Source: a virus
Taxonomy: Duplodnaviria; Caudoviricetes
Direction: 5' to 3' (one strand)
DNA: 43,496 nt
Virus record (IMG/VR): IMGVR_UViG_3300022217_000200
Coordinates: 1-43,496 of that record
In this document: one piece after another, positions 1-8,621 of the stretch
Layout of the letters: each line of letters opens with the position of its first letter
How positions within the stretch are numbered: position 1 is the first letter of the stretch
The notes under the pieces: model-generated
Told to the model about the DNA's origin: nothing
Seen by the model: only the letters and a program-made list of their open reading frames with translations
Database searches by the model: none
Program-made: the position numbers and the translations under genes

Positions 1-209
1 ATCCAGGGCCATCTCATCCCGTGGTTTAGTCCAATCGTATTTCAGTGTTGGTTCAATTAAATTCATGAATATATCGTAAAGTGCTATGATTTCATCACAA
101 TTAGAAGCAATCCATTCGAGATATAGATCTGTATCAGGGGGACTATTACCGGTAATCGCGTGTTCGCGGATTACCTCATTTGGTGGTCGACAGTAAATTA
201 GGGTAACCG
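1..209. repeat. Terminal direct repeat, left copy (209 bp)
   Basis: 1-209 matches 43288-43496 except A127 versus G43414. Confidence 0.97.
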
Positions 210-492
210 GTTTCATTGCCCGATTAGCGTCGATGTATTGATGCCAGGATAAGCCTTTGCATTCAGTTGATTTTTTAGCGAGGTCATAAATCGGTTCTGT
301 TATCCAAGTGATGCGATCTTGAATAACACATTGTCGAGTCAATAGCCAGGATTCTCGGAGATTTAAAGCCAATTCATCACTATTTCTCGGCGGATTATTC
401 CATTGGATGACTTCTTGAATGTTGAGTTTGCGTTTCAGTTTTTCAACCAATACAGATTTGCCCGAACCGTCTGGTCCTTCTACAATAATCAT
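1..492 (-). CDS. P-loop dNMP/thymidylate-kinase-like protein, 5' part; continues across the ends (197 aa in total)
   Basis: Not in the ORF track; translated by hand. ATG at 492 after GAGGT. MIIVEGPDGSGKS Walker A, then QDRITWITEPIY, LIYCRPP and YDWT. No stop before base 1. Confidence 0.85.
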   Translation of the reverse strand, partial: MIIVEGPDGSGKSVLVEKLKRKLNIQEVIQWNNPPRNSDELALNLRESWLLTRQCVIQDRITWITEPIYDLAKKSTECKGLSWHQYIDANRAMKPVTLIYCRPPNEVIREHAITGNSPPDTDLYLEWIASNCDEIIALYDIFMNLIEPTLKYDWTKPRDEMALD

Positions 493-498
493 GCTACC

Positions 499-1887
499 TC
501 ACTTTCGGGATTTTCGATAATCCAATAATGCTTGGAATAAAGAGCGTTGAGACAGGTCTTTGTTTCGGAGTCTCATCATTATTGCTTCATCTACAGTATT
601 TTCTGCAATGATATGATGAATACGTACTCGGTCGTCAACGCCTTGACGATAAATACGTCGATTGAATTGGATATAGTTCTCGAGGGAATCGGTAAGTGCG
701 AACCACGCAATATCGTTGCCACCCTGTTGCAAGTTCACCCCATATGCAATTGCTTGTGGATGAGCACAGAGTATCAGCAATTCGCGTTTATTCCAGCGTT
801 TGATAGCCAATAAATCGAGGGCATCAGTTGAAGGGATAATGGGGACTTTTTCGCCGAAGGCTTTGCGCAATTGATCTAGATCATGCCGAAAATGATAGGC
901 CGTGAATAAAGGCTTGCCTTGTAGTTCCCCCATTAACTCTTTAAGCGCTTCGATTTTGACCCCATGCAACGGTATGATTTCTCTATTTTTGACGTGCTTA
1001 GCGCGTTCTAGGGGGTCAGGGGGACGGTAAAAATGACCATTGGCTATTTGCCGGCAAACGTTATAGAGCGCTACAGCTGAATTCAATGACATGCCATCTG
1101 CATAACCATCCAATTCGGCAAAAAGCTCTCGTTCGAAATCGTCATAAATTCGCCGAGCATTGGCTGGCAAGCGAACCTTGATGATATGGTTTACCAATGG
1201 GGGCAAATCGAGATGGGTATCACCGTCGATGCGCATGACCATTGGCGCTATTTTGTGCGGTATTAGTTTTTCAGACCCCGGGATTAGATTGTATTCGGTA
1301 AATCCGCGGTATCCTGTAGGATAGAAATATTTTTCTCGGAAGGCCGTAATGTTTTTGCCCAGCGCTTTTCCCTGGTCTAAAATATAGATTTGACCGTATA
1401 GGTCCATTAGAGTATTTGGAGATGGGGTACCAGTGAGAATTATTCGTCGATTGAATCGTTCAATCCATGGTTTCAGCGCTGCAAGGCGTTTGCTGTCATG
1501 ACCTTTGTATCCACTGGATTCATCAATTACCAAAAGGTCATAAGCGGGCATTTGCTCATCTTCGAGCAACCAAAAAGTATTTTCGACATTGAGCAAATCA
1601 ATAGTCTCGTGACCAACGCGGTTCTCTTTGTTTTTGCCGTGCAAAATGGAGTAGGGCAACAGCAAATCCCACTTGTCTATCTCCTCGGGCCAAACTGTAT
1701 AAATGACTCGCTTGGGGGCAATGAGTAGAACACGCAAAGTACAGCCCGAGCGCCACCATAGACGCTCTAGAAAGTGGAGTACTACAGCGGTCTTGCCCAA
1801 ACCGGGATCAGCGAACAGACCCGCGTAGCGCTGTTCCTCGAGGAATTCAAGAGCGTCCCTCTGGTAATCGTGGGGAACAAATTTCAC
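499..1887 (-). CDS. SNF2-family (SF2) helicase
   Basis: PHDYQ Q-motif, DPGLGKT, VIDESS, LTGTP, GVNLQ and RIYRQG motifs. Confidence 0.93.
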   Translation of the reverse strand: MKFVPHDYQRDALEFLEEQRYAGLFADPGLGKTAVVLHFLERLWWRSGCTLRVLLIAPKRVIYTVWPEEIDKWDLLLPYSILHGKNKENRVGHETIDLLNVENTFWLLEDEQMPAYDLLVIDESSGYKGHDSKRLAALKPWIERFNRRIILTGTPSPNTLMDLYGQIYILDQGKALGKNITAFREKYFYPTGYRGFTEYNLIPGSEKLIPHKIAPMVMRIDGDTHLDLPPLVNHIIKVRLPANARRIYDDFERELFAELDGYADGMSLNSAVALYNVCRQIANGHFYRPPDPLERAKHVKNREIIPLHGVKIEALKELMGELQGKPLFTAYHFRHDLDQLRKAFGEKVPIIPSTDALDLLAIKRWNKRELLILCAHPQAIAYGVNLQQGGNDIAWFALTDSLENYIQFNRRIYRQGVDDRVRIHHIIAENTVDEAIMMRLRNKDLSQRSLFQALLDYRKSRK

Positions 1888-2180
1888 GAGATACCCAATA
1901 GCTCGAGCTGAACGAGCCGATGACCGTCTTTGATATTATCTATCACATACACTGTAAATCCACGTTCCCTGAGTTTTTTAATTACCAGTTTTTGGCCAGA
2001 CCGGGGCGTTTTCCCCTTACGTTTGAATTCGACGAAAAAACAACGGCCACCGGGTAACAGAAAAAGTCGATCTGGCCAGTTTCGCCGATACTGTTTGATC
2101 GCGACAGTGCCCGGAAACCTATCAACTATTGTCGTCTCGATTTCCTTTTCTAAACGTTCCCTTGATGTTAATTTTCCCAT
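1884..2180 (-). CDS. VRR-NUC domain nuclease
   Basis: LEKEIE...WPDRL...FVEFKR...Q (PD-(D/E)xK), lying next to the SNF2 helicase. ATG 2180 is preferred over the track start at 2228. Confidence 0.88.
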   Translation of the reverse strand: MGKLTSRERLEKEIETTIVDRFPGTVAIKQYRRNWPDRLFLLPGGRCFFVEFKRKGKTPRSGQKLVIKKLRERGFTVYVIDNIKDGHRLVQLELLGIS

Positions 2181-2352
2181 CGTTCCATAGTTGAATAGTA
2201 CGTTTTGAAACCATCCAACGGGTTCCACGAAACAATATAGCCCCAGCTAATGCGCCCTCTTTGCAATACTGATGAGCAGTACTGTAAGGGAGCCCCATTA
2301 ATTGCGCTGCCTCAGGCAAGGGGGTGTAGTCATTTTCTAGGTCTAACGGCAT
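2122..2352 (-). CDS. Excisionase-like (HTH_17-type) winged-helix DNA-binding protein
   Basis: EAAQLMGLPYSTAHQYCKEG...RWMV pattern in a 76-aa protein. Confidence 0.75.
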   Translation of the reverse strand: MPLDLENDYTPLPEAAQLMGLPYSTAHQYCKEGALAGAILFRGTRWMVSKRTIQLWNDGKINIKGTFRKGNRDDNS

Positions 2353-2354
2353 AC

Positions 2355-2870
2355 TTAGTGCTCCTTTTTCTTCCTATATTTTAACACAGCTCGACGATAA
2401 AGCCTATCGCGTCTGCGTGCGCGGTTTGAGGGAACTAGTCGACATTTGCCACTTGCGAAATACCATTGATTGGCTTGTGCGCCGTTTCCATTACAACGGC
2501 GCATACCCTCGCTAAACCAATAAATACCTGCGTGTAATTGACCATCAAGAGTGTGCAAACCGAATTGTCGAAATAAACGCGGCATAACCTGTAACGGCCC
2601 AATCTCGCCTTTTTTGCCATTGCCGATTTGTTTCCAACTGTTTTCTTCAGAAATGAGAATTGCGATTCGTAGAGGGTCAACGTTATACATCTCACAATAT
2701 TTGAGGATAGTCGGAATCATAGCGATGGCCTCTTTTTTACGTTGGCCATAAAGTCGAGTTTTGGCCACTGGTTTTAACCAGTCATCAATATGCGCTTGTA
2801 ATTCGGCGTAATATTCGGGCTCGGCTGCAGCTGAATACACGAACATGGACAAGAGTGTGATGATGAGCAT
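2355..2870 (-). CDS. Lytic transglycosylase (SLT-like) with N-terminal signal peptide; candidate endolysin
   Basis: YNVDPLRIAILISEENS (catalytic Glu region) and GEIGPLQVMP. Hydrophobic leader ending SAAA. Confidence 0.8.
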   Translation of the reverse strand: MLIITLLSMFVYSAAAEPEYYAELQAHIDDWLKPVAKTRLYGQRKKEAIAMIPTILKYCEMYNVDPLRIAILISEENSWKQIGNGKKGEIGPLQVMPRLFRQFGLHTLDGQLHAGIYWFSEGMRRCNGNGAQANQWYFASGKCRLVPSNRARRRDRLYRRAVLKYRKKKEH

Positions 2871-3079
2871 TAACTTTTTCCTTTCTCAATTATCTTGGTG
2901 ATATTTTCTATTGGAACCCAAACTGCTCGGGGCGCTTGGTAGAGTTTACAAAGACAAGTTTTTTCCCAATCAAAACAATTTTTTATCACTAGGCCTTCAC
3001 CTGAAAAATCCATCCAATTTTCGATTCGGACAATATCGCCTGCTGAATAGATCTTCTTGTTCTCTGTGAGTTTAATCAT
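2870..3079 (-). CDS. Small hypothetical protein, SH3/KOW-like
   Basis: ATG 3079 overlaps the polymerase stop (ATGA). GDIVRI...GLV...VWVP pattern. Confidence 0.6.
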   Translation of the reverse strand: MIKLTENKKIYSAGDIVRIENWMDFSGEGLVIKNCFDWEKTCLCKLYQAPRAVWVPIENITKIIEKGKS

Positions 3080-5079
3080 TTTCGATACCTTTCTCCGCGC
3101 CAACCCTTTGCCGCGATAGGACAACCGTAAGCCCAAGCGGGCAGTGTACACAATAGACGTTCAAATTCTTTCACGGTGCCGAACCCTTTAAGCACTTCGG
3201 AAATAATTTCATCGTGCACAGTGGCTACGAGCCAGTAGCCCGCGTTTTCAACTAGATGCATTGCGTAGGCCATTATGTCCCGAGCGGTGGCTTGTACAAT
3301 GTTCTCGACAAGATGGCCCCCATAGCCCGTAGTACGTACCCACTTTTTTGTTTCGGGGTCCACGTGTTTGTAAGATATGGAACGATTACCAAAACGGTTC
3401 ATTCTGATTTCAGGGTCAGCGTAGGTTAGCATCCGGCCACTAGGCAATTGAATACATAAAAAAGAGTCTCGACGACCCATTTTAATGGGTAGACCTACGG
3501 TCGTAGTTGCCGGGCCAGATAGGGCACGCAAGGCTGTTCGGTGAACGTCATACCAAAGCGCCTTGACGCGTTTGTACTCGTTGCGATAGGTCCGGATTAT
3601 AAAGTCCGCCATACCTTCGGGTAAATCTATTCCCTTCTTTTTGCACTCTGAATCAAAACGCGGCGCACCCATTTGATAGCCGCAGCCGAGCACCGTCTCT
3701 TTGCCCACCTTGCGCTGTCTGGTAGCTGTAAGATCTTCGTTTTCATAGCCCTCGAGAATTTGTTCAGCTGGAATACGGTAGATTTTTGAGGCCATGTCAA
3801 CATAGACGTCTTCATCATCGTGGAATAATTGCAGCGCAAATTCCTCTTTAGCGATCCAGCTAAGGACACGTGCTTCGATACTCGAGTAATCCGCACCAAT
3901 CAAATCGTGGTCAGGCGCGGCGGTTAAAGCGCTTCTCAAAGTATCGCTGAGTGCCGCGCCTACAGAGCCCCGATACAGCTCTAGCAAATCTGTACGTTCG
4001 TCCATAATAGCGGGTATTAAGAGGTGTTCGATTTCTAAGCGGGATAGTTTGGGCCGCGGGTAGTTATGAGGTTGAATCTTTATCCCCGACCAACGGCCTG
4101 TGTGGGCTCCGCAAAATAGGAGTATTTCACGGATGCGATTGTCAACGCCACTTGCTCTATTGAGCATAGCGAGATATTTTTTAACTGAGGATTTTGAGTT
4201 TTGTTGTCTACAAGTCAAAATAGCTTCGACATCACAGGGAAGCGCAGTATTTAGAGCGGCTTCAACTGTTTCAGCTCTCATATTGTGCATAGCAAAGCCG
4301 CAGTGTTCCCAGAGATAATGCCGAATTTTTTCTGTTTGGCCAGTTGTCTTAACCGCACCGTTAGTGAGTTTGTCGATTTTTTCGTTTCCTTTTCGAGCTG
4401 CAATCGCGCTTAAACCGATCGCTTTCTTTATCAACGCTTTGTCACAGTGAATACCACGGCGATTGATTTTAAGGTCTAGTAAAAAAGTCTTGCGTTCGAA
4501 CGGGAGCAACGGCCGCAACTTTTTCGATAATGCATATTCCGTCCGGACGTCTTGTTTACAGTACTCGAGTAGTTGTTCGAATTCCTCTCGAGTACCAAAA
4601 TAAATATTGCCCTTGCCCGTCTTTTTCCAGTGCGGCCGCGGTTTAGAGAGCTTGAGCATTAGGGCTTTGCCTTTTTTGTCTTTTTCAATGGGAAGGTGCA
4701 TTGCTTGTGCTGCGCCTTCTAAGTCCCGAGGTAGGCCATGGGCTGCAGCTTTTGCCGCGGAGCAGTAAAAATTCATGGGATTTGGTTGTGGCCAATCGTA
4801 TCGAGGGCACATGATATTTTCCCAAATGGCCAGCTCAAAGCCGACATTGTGGCCTTCAAAAAGTGCGTGCTGCAGAGTGTGGAACTGATAGGCTTGGACA
4901 ACTTCAAGATCAAAATCGGCTAGGGTTTCCTCAACAAAAGCACCCCACACCGGGCCGTCGTTTATTTGCGAAGCGTAGCAGAGTACTTCAGTCGTCGGAT
5001 GCAGGGAATACAACCGAGCACCTAAGAGTTTGAGATCACCCTGGGACCTAGTTTCAAAGTCTATTCGTACTGCATCCAT
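3076..5079 (-). CDS. Family A DNA polymerase with 3'-5' exonuclease and no 5'-3' exonuclease
   Basis: Exonuclease motifs IDFETRS and HNVGFE. Motif A ADYSSIEAR, motif B RKVGKETVLGCGY, motif C VHDEI. Confidence 0.96.
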   Translation of the reverse strand: MDAVRIDFETRSQGDLKLLGARLYSLHPTTEVLCYASQINDGPVWGAFVEETLADFDLEVVQAYQFHTLQHALFEGHNVGFELAIWENIMCPRYDWPQPNPMNFYCSAAKAAAHGLPRDLEGAAQAMHLPIEKDKKGKALMLKLSKPRPHWKKTGKGNIYFGTREEFEQLLEYCKQDVRTEYALSKKLRPLLPFERKTFLLDLKINRRGIHCDKALIKKAIGLSAIAARKGNEKIDKLTNGAVKTTGQTEKIRHYLWEHCGFAMHNMRAETVEAALNTALPCDVEAILTCRQQNSKSSVKKYLAMLNRASGVDNRIREILLFCGAHTGRWSGIKIQPHNYPRPKLSRLEIEHLLIPAIMDERTDLLELYRGSVGAALSDTLRSALTAAPDHDLIGADYSSIEARVLSWIAKEEFALQLFHDDEDVYVDMASKIYRIPAEQILEGYENEDLTATRQRKVGKETVLGCGYQMGAPRFDSECKKKGIDLPEGMADFIIRTYRNEYKRVKALWYDVHRTALRALSGPATTTVGLPIKMGRRDSFLCIQLPSGRMLTYADPEIRMNRFGNRSISYKHVDPETKKWVRTTGYGGHLVENIVQATARDIMAYAMHLVENAGYWLVATVHDEIISEVLKGFGTVKEFERLLCTLPAWAYGCPIAAKGWRGERYRK

Positions 5080-5082
5080 AAT

Positions 5083-5143
5083 AAAAAATCCGACCCCATC
5101 AAAAGGAGGTTACGTCATGAAAGCGACGCAGATGGGGTCGGAT
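5083..5143 (-). terminator. Terminator/attenuator-like hairpin between ssb and pol
   Basis: 13-bp inverted repeat (5088-5100 / 5131-5143) followed by a U-tract on the - strand, a few nt before the pol ATG. Confidence 0.7.
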
Positions 5144-5153
5144 ACCGACCCAA

Positions 5154-5747
5154 TTATAAACCAAAATCTAAATCGCCGCTACCTTCAAATGCTTTTGCGG
5201 CATCACTCTTTTTTGACAGTTCATCGTTGAACGCTTCTTGAGCTGAAATTCGATTTGCGAAACGCTCCCCTTCTTCCAATTTTTGAAAGTGTATCAATGC
5301 GAACGAGACACCCTTAGCTGTTTTGCGGTCATAAGTAAACGCCTGTAGAAATCCGCGTCCATAACAACCCCCGTAAATATGTTCCTTGTCTAAAATCGGC
5401 GAAGTATATTCATCGACTACAGATGGTTCATATTCTGAGACAGCCTTGAGGATATAGCAGCCTTCGTATCCATCATATGGATATAGCAAATCCCCGTTTT
5501 CATCGACTGCGTCGCCGTCTTTAAAAGGCGTTTTGAATCCCTTGGGAACTTTGTCACCCCACTTTTCACGGACAGCTATAGAGGCAGCTTCTTTTAATCC
5601 GCTCATATCGGTGTCTTTGGGAAAGAGAAAAGTGATCGAAAAAATCGGTTTCCCTTCCTCAAAAACTTCTTTTTCGAACAAGTGGGGAAAGGCAATTCTG
5701 GCCTTCGGTGTCACCACTTGTTTCGATGGTTTTTTCTGTTCAGTCAT
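5154..5747 (-). CDS. Single-stranded DNA-binding protein (DUF2815 / T7 gp2.5-like)
   Basis: RIAFPHLF, PFKDGD, IYGGCYGR and GVSFALIHFQKL.GERF motifs, acidic C-terminal tail, located between DUF2800 and pol. Confidence 0.9.
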   Translation of the reverse strand: MTEQKKPSKQVVTPKARIAFPHLFEKEVFEEGKPIFSITFLFPKDTDMSGLKEAASIAVREKWGDKVPKGFKTPFKDGDAVDENGDLLYPYDGYEGCYILKAVSEYEPSVVDEYTSPILDKEHIYGGCYGRGFLQAFTYDRKTAKGVSFALIHFQKLEEGERFANRISAQEAFNDELSKKSDAAKAFEGSGDLDFGL

Positions 5748-6009
5748 TGTTGCTCTCCTTTAAAATCTTTTTGATTGTCTCCTTTATTTTCGGTTCGCCC
5801 TCTCGTGTATATCGGGCTCGAGCCGCATTGGTCCACATCACGCATTCCTCGAGTTTTGTAAGAGCCAAAGATCGCTCGCGACTCTCAGGGCAAGCCGCTA
5901 CGATATTTTCAGCTAACCACATAGCCCAACCACGAAGACTTTGATAAAACCGAGTATCCTCCTTATCAGGTGGATGATAGGTAAAATTGTTCGCTAGATT
6001 ATAGGCCAT
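5740..6009 (-). CDS. Acb2/Tad1-like helical-hairpin protein; candidate signalling-nucleotide sponge
   Basis: FTYHPP...CPESRERSLALTKLEECVMWTNAA signature. Confidence 0.65.
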   Translation of the reverse strand: MAYNLANNFTYHPPDKEDTRFYQSLRGWAMWLAENIVAACPESRERSLALTKLEECVMWTNAARARYTREGEPKIKETIKKILKESNND

Positions 6010-7240
6010 TAAACAACCCTTTCGCGGCTAAACACTTCAATTGCTTCTCGGGCAATAGAGGTGTAGTTTTGAATACCTCTGCAGCGGGTACAAAGGCACG
6101 TCTGGGGTCTGTACTCGGCACAAGTCTAACCCCCTGCATCGGAGTCACAGTGAACTCATCTAGTTGTTTGGGGTAGCGGCCCCCAAGCTCGGTCCGAACC
6201 TGTTTCGGCGTGCGCAACGATACGTTTTGGTATTCGTGGGATTCAGCGCCAATCAAGTCGAGTAGTTTACGGACGTCTTTTTGTTTGTGAGGGAGCCATT
6301 TTTCACGCCCCCAAGTTTGGACAAGTTTAAAACCCGCAACATTTTGCCCCTTGATAATCAGTTCAGTTGCTCGAGCTTTGCATTGGTTAATGTGTTCAAG
6401 GATGATAGCTTCACTCGAGAGTACTCGTTCTAATTCCTCTACAGTATAGGGCACGGGCAAAATCGGTTCTACCATTATTTCGCCACAGATTTCTTCTGCG
6501 CGAGGGCAGTTAATAGCGCCTTTACACCATTTGCAGTGTTCACCGGGATTGTATTCGTATTTGTGGGTTTTGGCCCGTTCAACAGCTTTGGTAATCCGGG
6601 GCAACCAAAGCTCTTTTAATTCTCTGGTTTCTACTTCCCAAGTCCGTACTGTTTCACCAACACCGCGAGGTTGAAAAATGGACATTTTGACCGTTTCGAA
6701 ATCGTCACCAAAATGTCTGAGCGCGCCCAGACCATAGATGGCCAGTTGGGGATTATTGATAGCTTCGACTTGTAGACCCGCACCGTACTTGAGATCAATA
6801 ACATGTAGAGTCACGGGCCAGTCAGAGATTGCGATGTCCAGTGTTCCATCAACATCTCGGGATAGTCGAATCGGATGTTCAATGAGTACTTTGTCACACT
6901 CGAGTAGACTCACATTTGGAGGTAGTTGCTTTTTGACAAAGAGGATAAAAACTTGAGCGGCCCAAATCATTTCTTCATCAATACGGATGTCAAGATAATC
7001 ATGTTCAAGGGGATCCAAGAGTGGCGCTATTTCACGGATGAGTTTACCCTGTGATCGCGTCAATTCAGTGTGAGTCATGACCCCTTTGGCGATCATTTCA
7101 CTGAGCAGGTGACAGGCCGAACCCTCGCGAGCGAAAATGGTTGATTCACTGTCCGGGGCCAAGGCTTCGAGAATTACCGACCCCGGACAGGGCAACCAAC
7201 GTTTGGCCCCAGACGGCCGAAATAGAGATAGATCAGACAC
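5999..7240 (-). CDS. DUF2800 Cas4/RecB-like exonuclease
   Basis: PSGAKRWLPCPGS, AREGSACH, GTLD, IDLKYG, QLAIY and HCKWC...CP. Probable GTG start at 7240 overlaps the upstream stop. Confidence 0.9.
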   Translation of the reverse strand: MSDLSLFRPSGAKRWLPCPGSVILEALAPDSESTIFAREGSACHLLSEMIAKGVMTHTELTRSQGKLIREIAPLLDPLEHDYLDIRIDEEMIWAAQVFILFVKKQLPPNVSLLECDKVLIEHPIRLSRDVDGTLDIAISDWPVTLHVIDLKYGAGLQVEAINNPQLAIYGLGALRHFGDDFETVKMSIFQPRGVGETVRTWEVETRELKELWLPRITKAVERAKTHKYEYNPGEHCKWCKGAINCPRAEEICGEIMVEPILPVPYTVEELERVLSSEAIILEHINQCKARATELIIKGQNVAGFKLVQTWGREKWLPHKQKDVRKLLDLIGAESHEYQNVSLRTPKQVRTELGGRYPKQLDEFTVTPMQGVRLVPSTDPRRAFVPAAEVFKTTPLLPEKQLKCLAAKGLFNGL

Positions 7241-7763
7241 CGAGCAACGCGTCCGTAGACCCTTGGTCTGTACTCTCGGACGCTTTCCGTCTGCAGAGTC
7301 CGCAAACGCCACTGATAAAGTCTTCGATGTTTTCCAGATCATCGAAATTGTTTGCGCCGAGCTTGTGAAGTATCGCGAGGACAGAATCGATCTCAGCATA
7401 GGTGTCATTGTAGTGTTTAGCCACTATACGACACTCGAGTAGGTTGTGTTCCTTGCGCGCTTCTAAGTAGTCAACCACTTCACTCAGACTCATTTTGAGC
7501 AGTTGATCTTTGGTCTTAGCCTTAGGTGCTCGCTTTCCTCCTTTTTTCCCTGTAGCTTGGGGTTGAGCCGCGGGGGGTTGAGCCGCCGGGGGCACTTCCG
7601 CAGCTGGCGCAGTAGGCGCAGCTGATTTGGCAGGGGGTGTTGTTGGAGTGCCCCCAGCGACCTGTTGGGTTTGAGCGGCGGTGAATTCGACAAGCTTATG
7701 CATCCCGTTAAGTATCTGAGCGTCAACGGGGTTATTCGTGTCCAGTTCCCAGGTTACTTTCAT
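7233..7763 (-). CDS. Hypothetical protein with Ala/Pro-rich linker
   Basis: AGGAG RBS. N-terminal strand, low-complexity linker and helical C-domain, in the usual position upstream of DUF2800. Confidence 0.7.
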   Translation of the reverse strand: MKVTWELDTNNPVDAQILNGMHKLVEFTAAQTQQVAGGTPTTPPAKSAAPTAPAAEVPPAAQPPAAQPQATGKKGGKRAPKAKTKDQLLKMSLSEVVDYLEARKEHNLLECRIVAKHYNDTYAEIDSVLAILHKLGANNFDDLENIEDFISGVCGLCRRKASESTDQGSTDALLGV

Positions 7764-7795
7764 TTTCGATTACTCCTTTTGTTTTGTTTTGTTCT

Positions 7796-7824
7796 TGTAT
7801 AATTCAGATTTTTCAGAGAGTCAA
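7796..7824 (-). promoter_or_regulatory. Sigma70-like promoter with 9-bp boxes in the spacer
   Basis: TTGACT-N17-TATACA, intergenic. Confidence 0.45.
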
Positions 7825-7825
7825 C

Positions 7826-8251
7826 TCAAAAATCGAGTTGACGTTTCAATTTGTCCCGAGCGATTTGCTCGGTGCTTTTCTTTTTCTCTTTTGGGTGTAT
7901 ACCTTTCATCCAATCATCTAAATCGTCTTGGCGTTTTTGATTTGTCTGCTCGCGAGCCTGCGCCAAGCGCTCGCGGGCTGCGTTCTTTTGTTCTTCTGTC
8001 ATCTCCTTCCCGCAATCTTCCCAAAGTACATGACCTTTTTTGCGTGGATTGTAAGCCATCCACCAAAGGTCGGGCTCGAGCTTGGCACGAATCATCCACG
8101 GATACAGCGGGCAACTGATACCCTCACAATCCCGTATCCCGTCGGCATAGGCGGCTAAGCACGAATGACACTTGGCCAACATGGCCAGGGCCCTAGTTGG
8201 TTTTTTCGGTCTCTGCATTTTTGGCTTGTTCCTGTTTTTGTAGTTCTTCAC
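7826..8251 (-). CDS. Cys4 zinc-binding phage protein
   Basis: AKCHSC...RDCEGISCPLYPW; ends in RQLDF. Confidence 0.7.
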   Translation of the reverse strand: MKNYKNRNKPKMQRPKKPTRALAMLAKCHSCLAAYADGIRDCEGISCPLYPWMIRAKLEPDLWWMAYNPRKKGHVLWEDCGKEMTEEQKNAARERLAQAREQTNQKRQDDLDDWMKGIHPKEKKKSTEQIARDKLKRQLDF

Positions 8252-8558
8252 ATCCGCGTAAAATTGCCCGGACGATCATTTCCAGGTCTAGTCCTTTGGC
8301 ATTACAGTAATCTGCAATTTGTAACACTGCAGCACCAATTAGCGTTTCCATTTGCCCTGGTGTCCATTTTTGCAGAGTCTCTTTTTTCCAAAGCGCTGGG
8401 GCAATTTCACCCAGGCGCAACCACGGTTTATTGTAGATAGGCACTGGTATTTCACGATGGCAACAAAGCCCTTGTTGCCGGTTTTGTATTTCACGAACAG
8501 TCAGTGGACTTTGTTTTTGTATTTCACGGACAATGGACAGTTTTTTGTTCTCGGGCAT
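8193..8558 (-). CDS. Hypothetical protein, possibly a degenerate MazG-like fold
   Basis: LGEIAPALWKK...IGAAVLQIADYCNAKGLDLE resembles the MazG helix pattern. Confidence 0.45.
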   Translation of the reverse strand: MPENKKLSIVREIQKQSPLTVREIQNRQQGLCCHREIPVPIYNKPWLRLGEIAPALWKKETLQKWTPGQMETLIGAAVLQIADYCNAKGLDLEMIVRAILRGCEELQKQEQAKNAETEKTN

Positions 8559-8621
8559 TTTTTCCTCACTTTTTGTTCAAAAACCTCGAGGTTTTTGTAC
8601 AGTTATCTAAAAAGAAGGCCT

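Noticed and set aside
5117-5230. 37-aa antisense ORF with a perfect AAGGAGGT RBS (possible type I toxin)
   Set aside because: It is not hydrophobic, I saw no + strand promoter, and the RBS is better explained as the complement of the hairpin loop.
7241-7408. N-terminal extensions in the ORF track (also 16257-16478, 26317-26430, 37734-37787, 42955-43008)
   Set aside because: They overlap neighbouring genes; downstream starts have an RBS or translational coupling.
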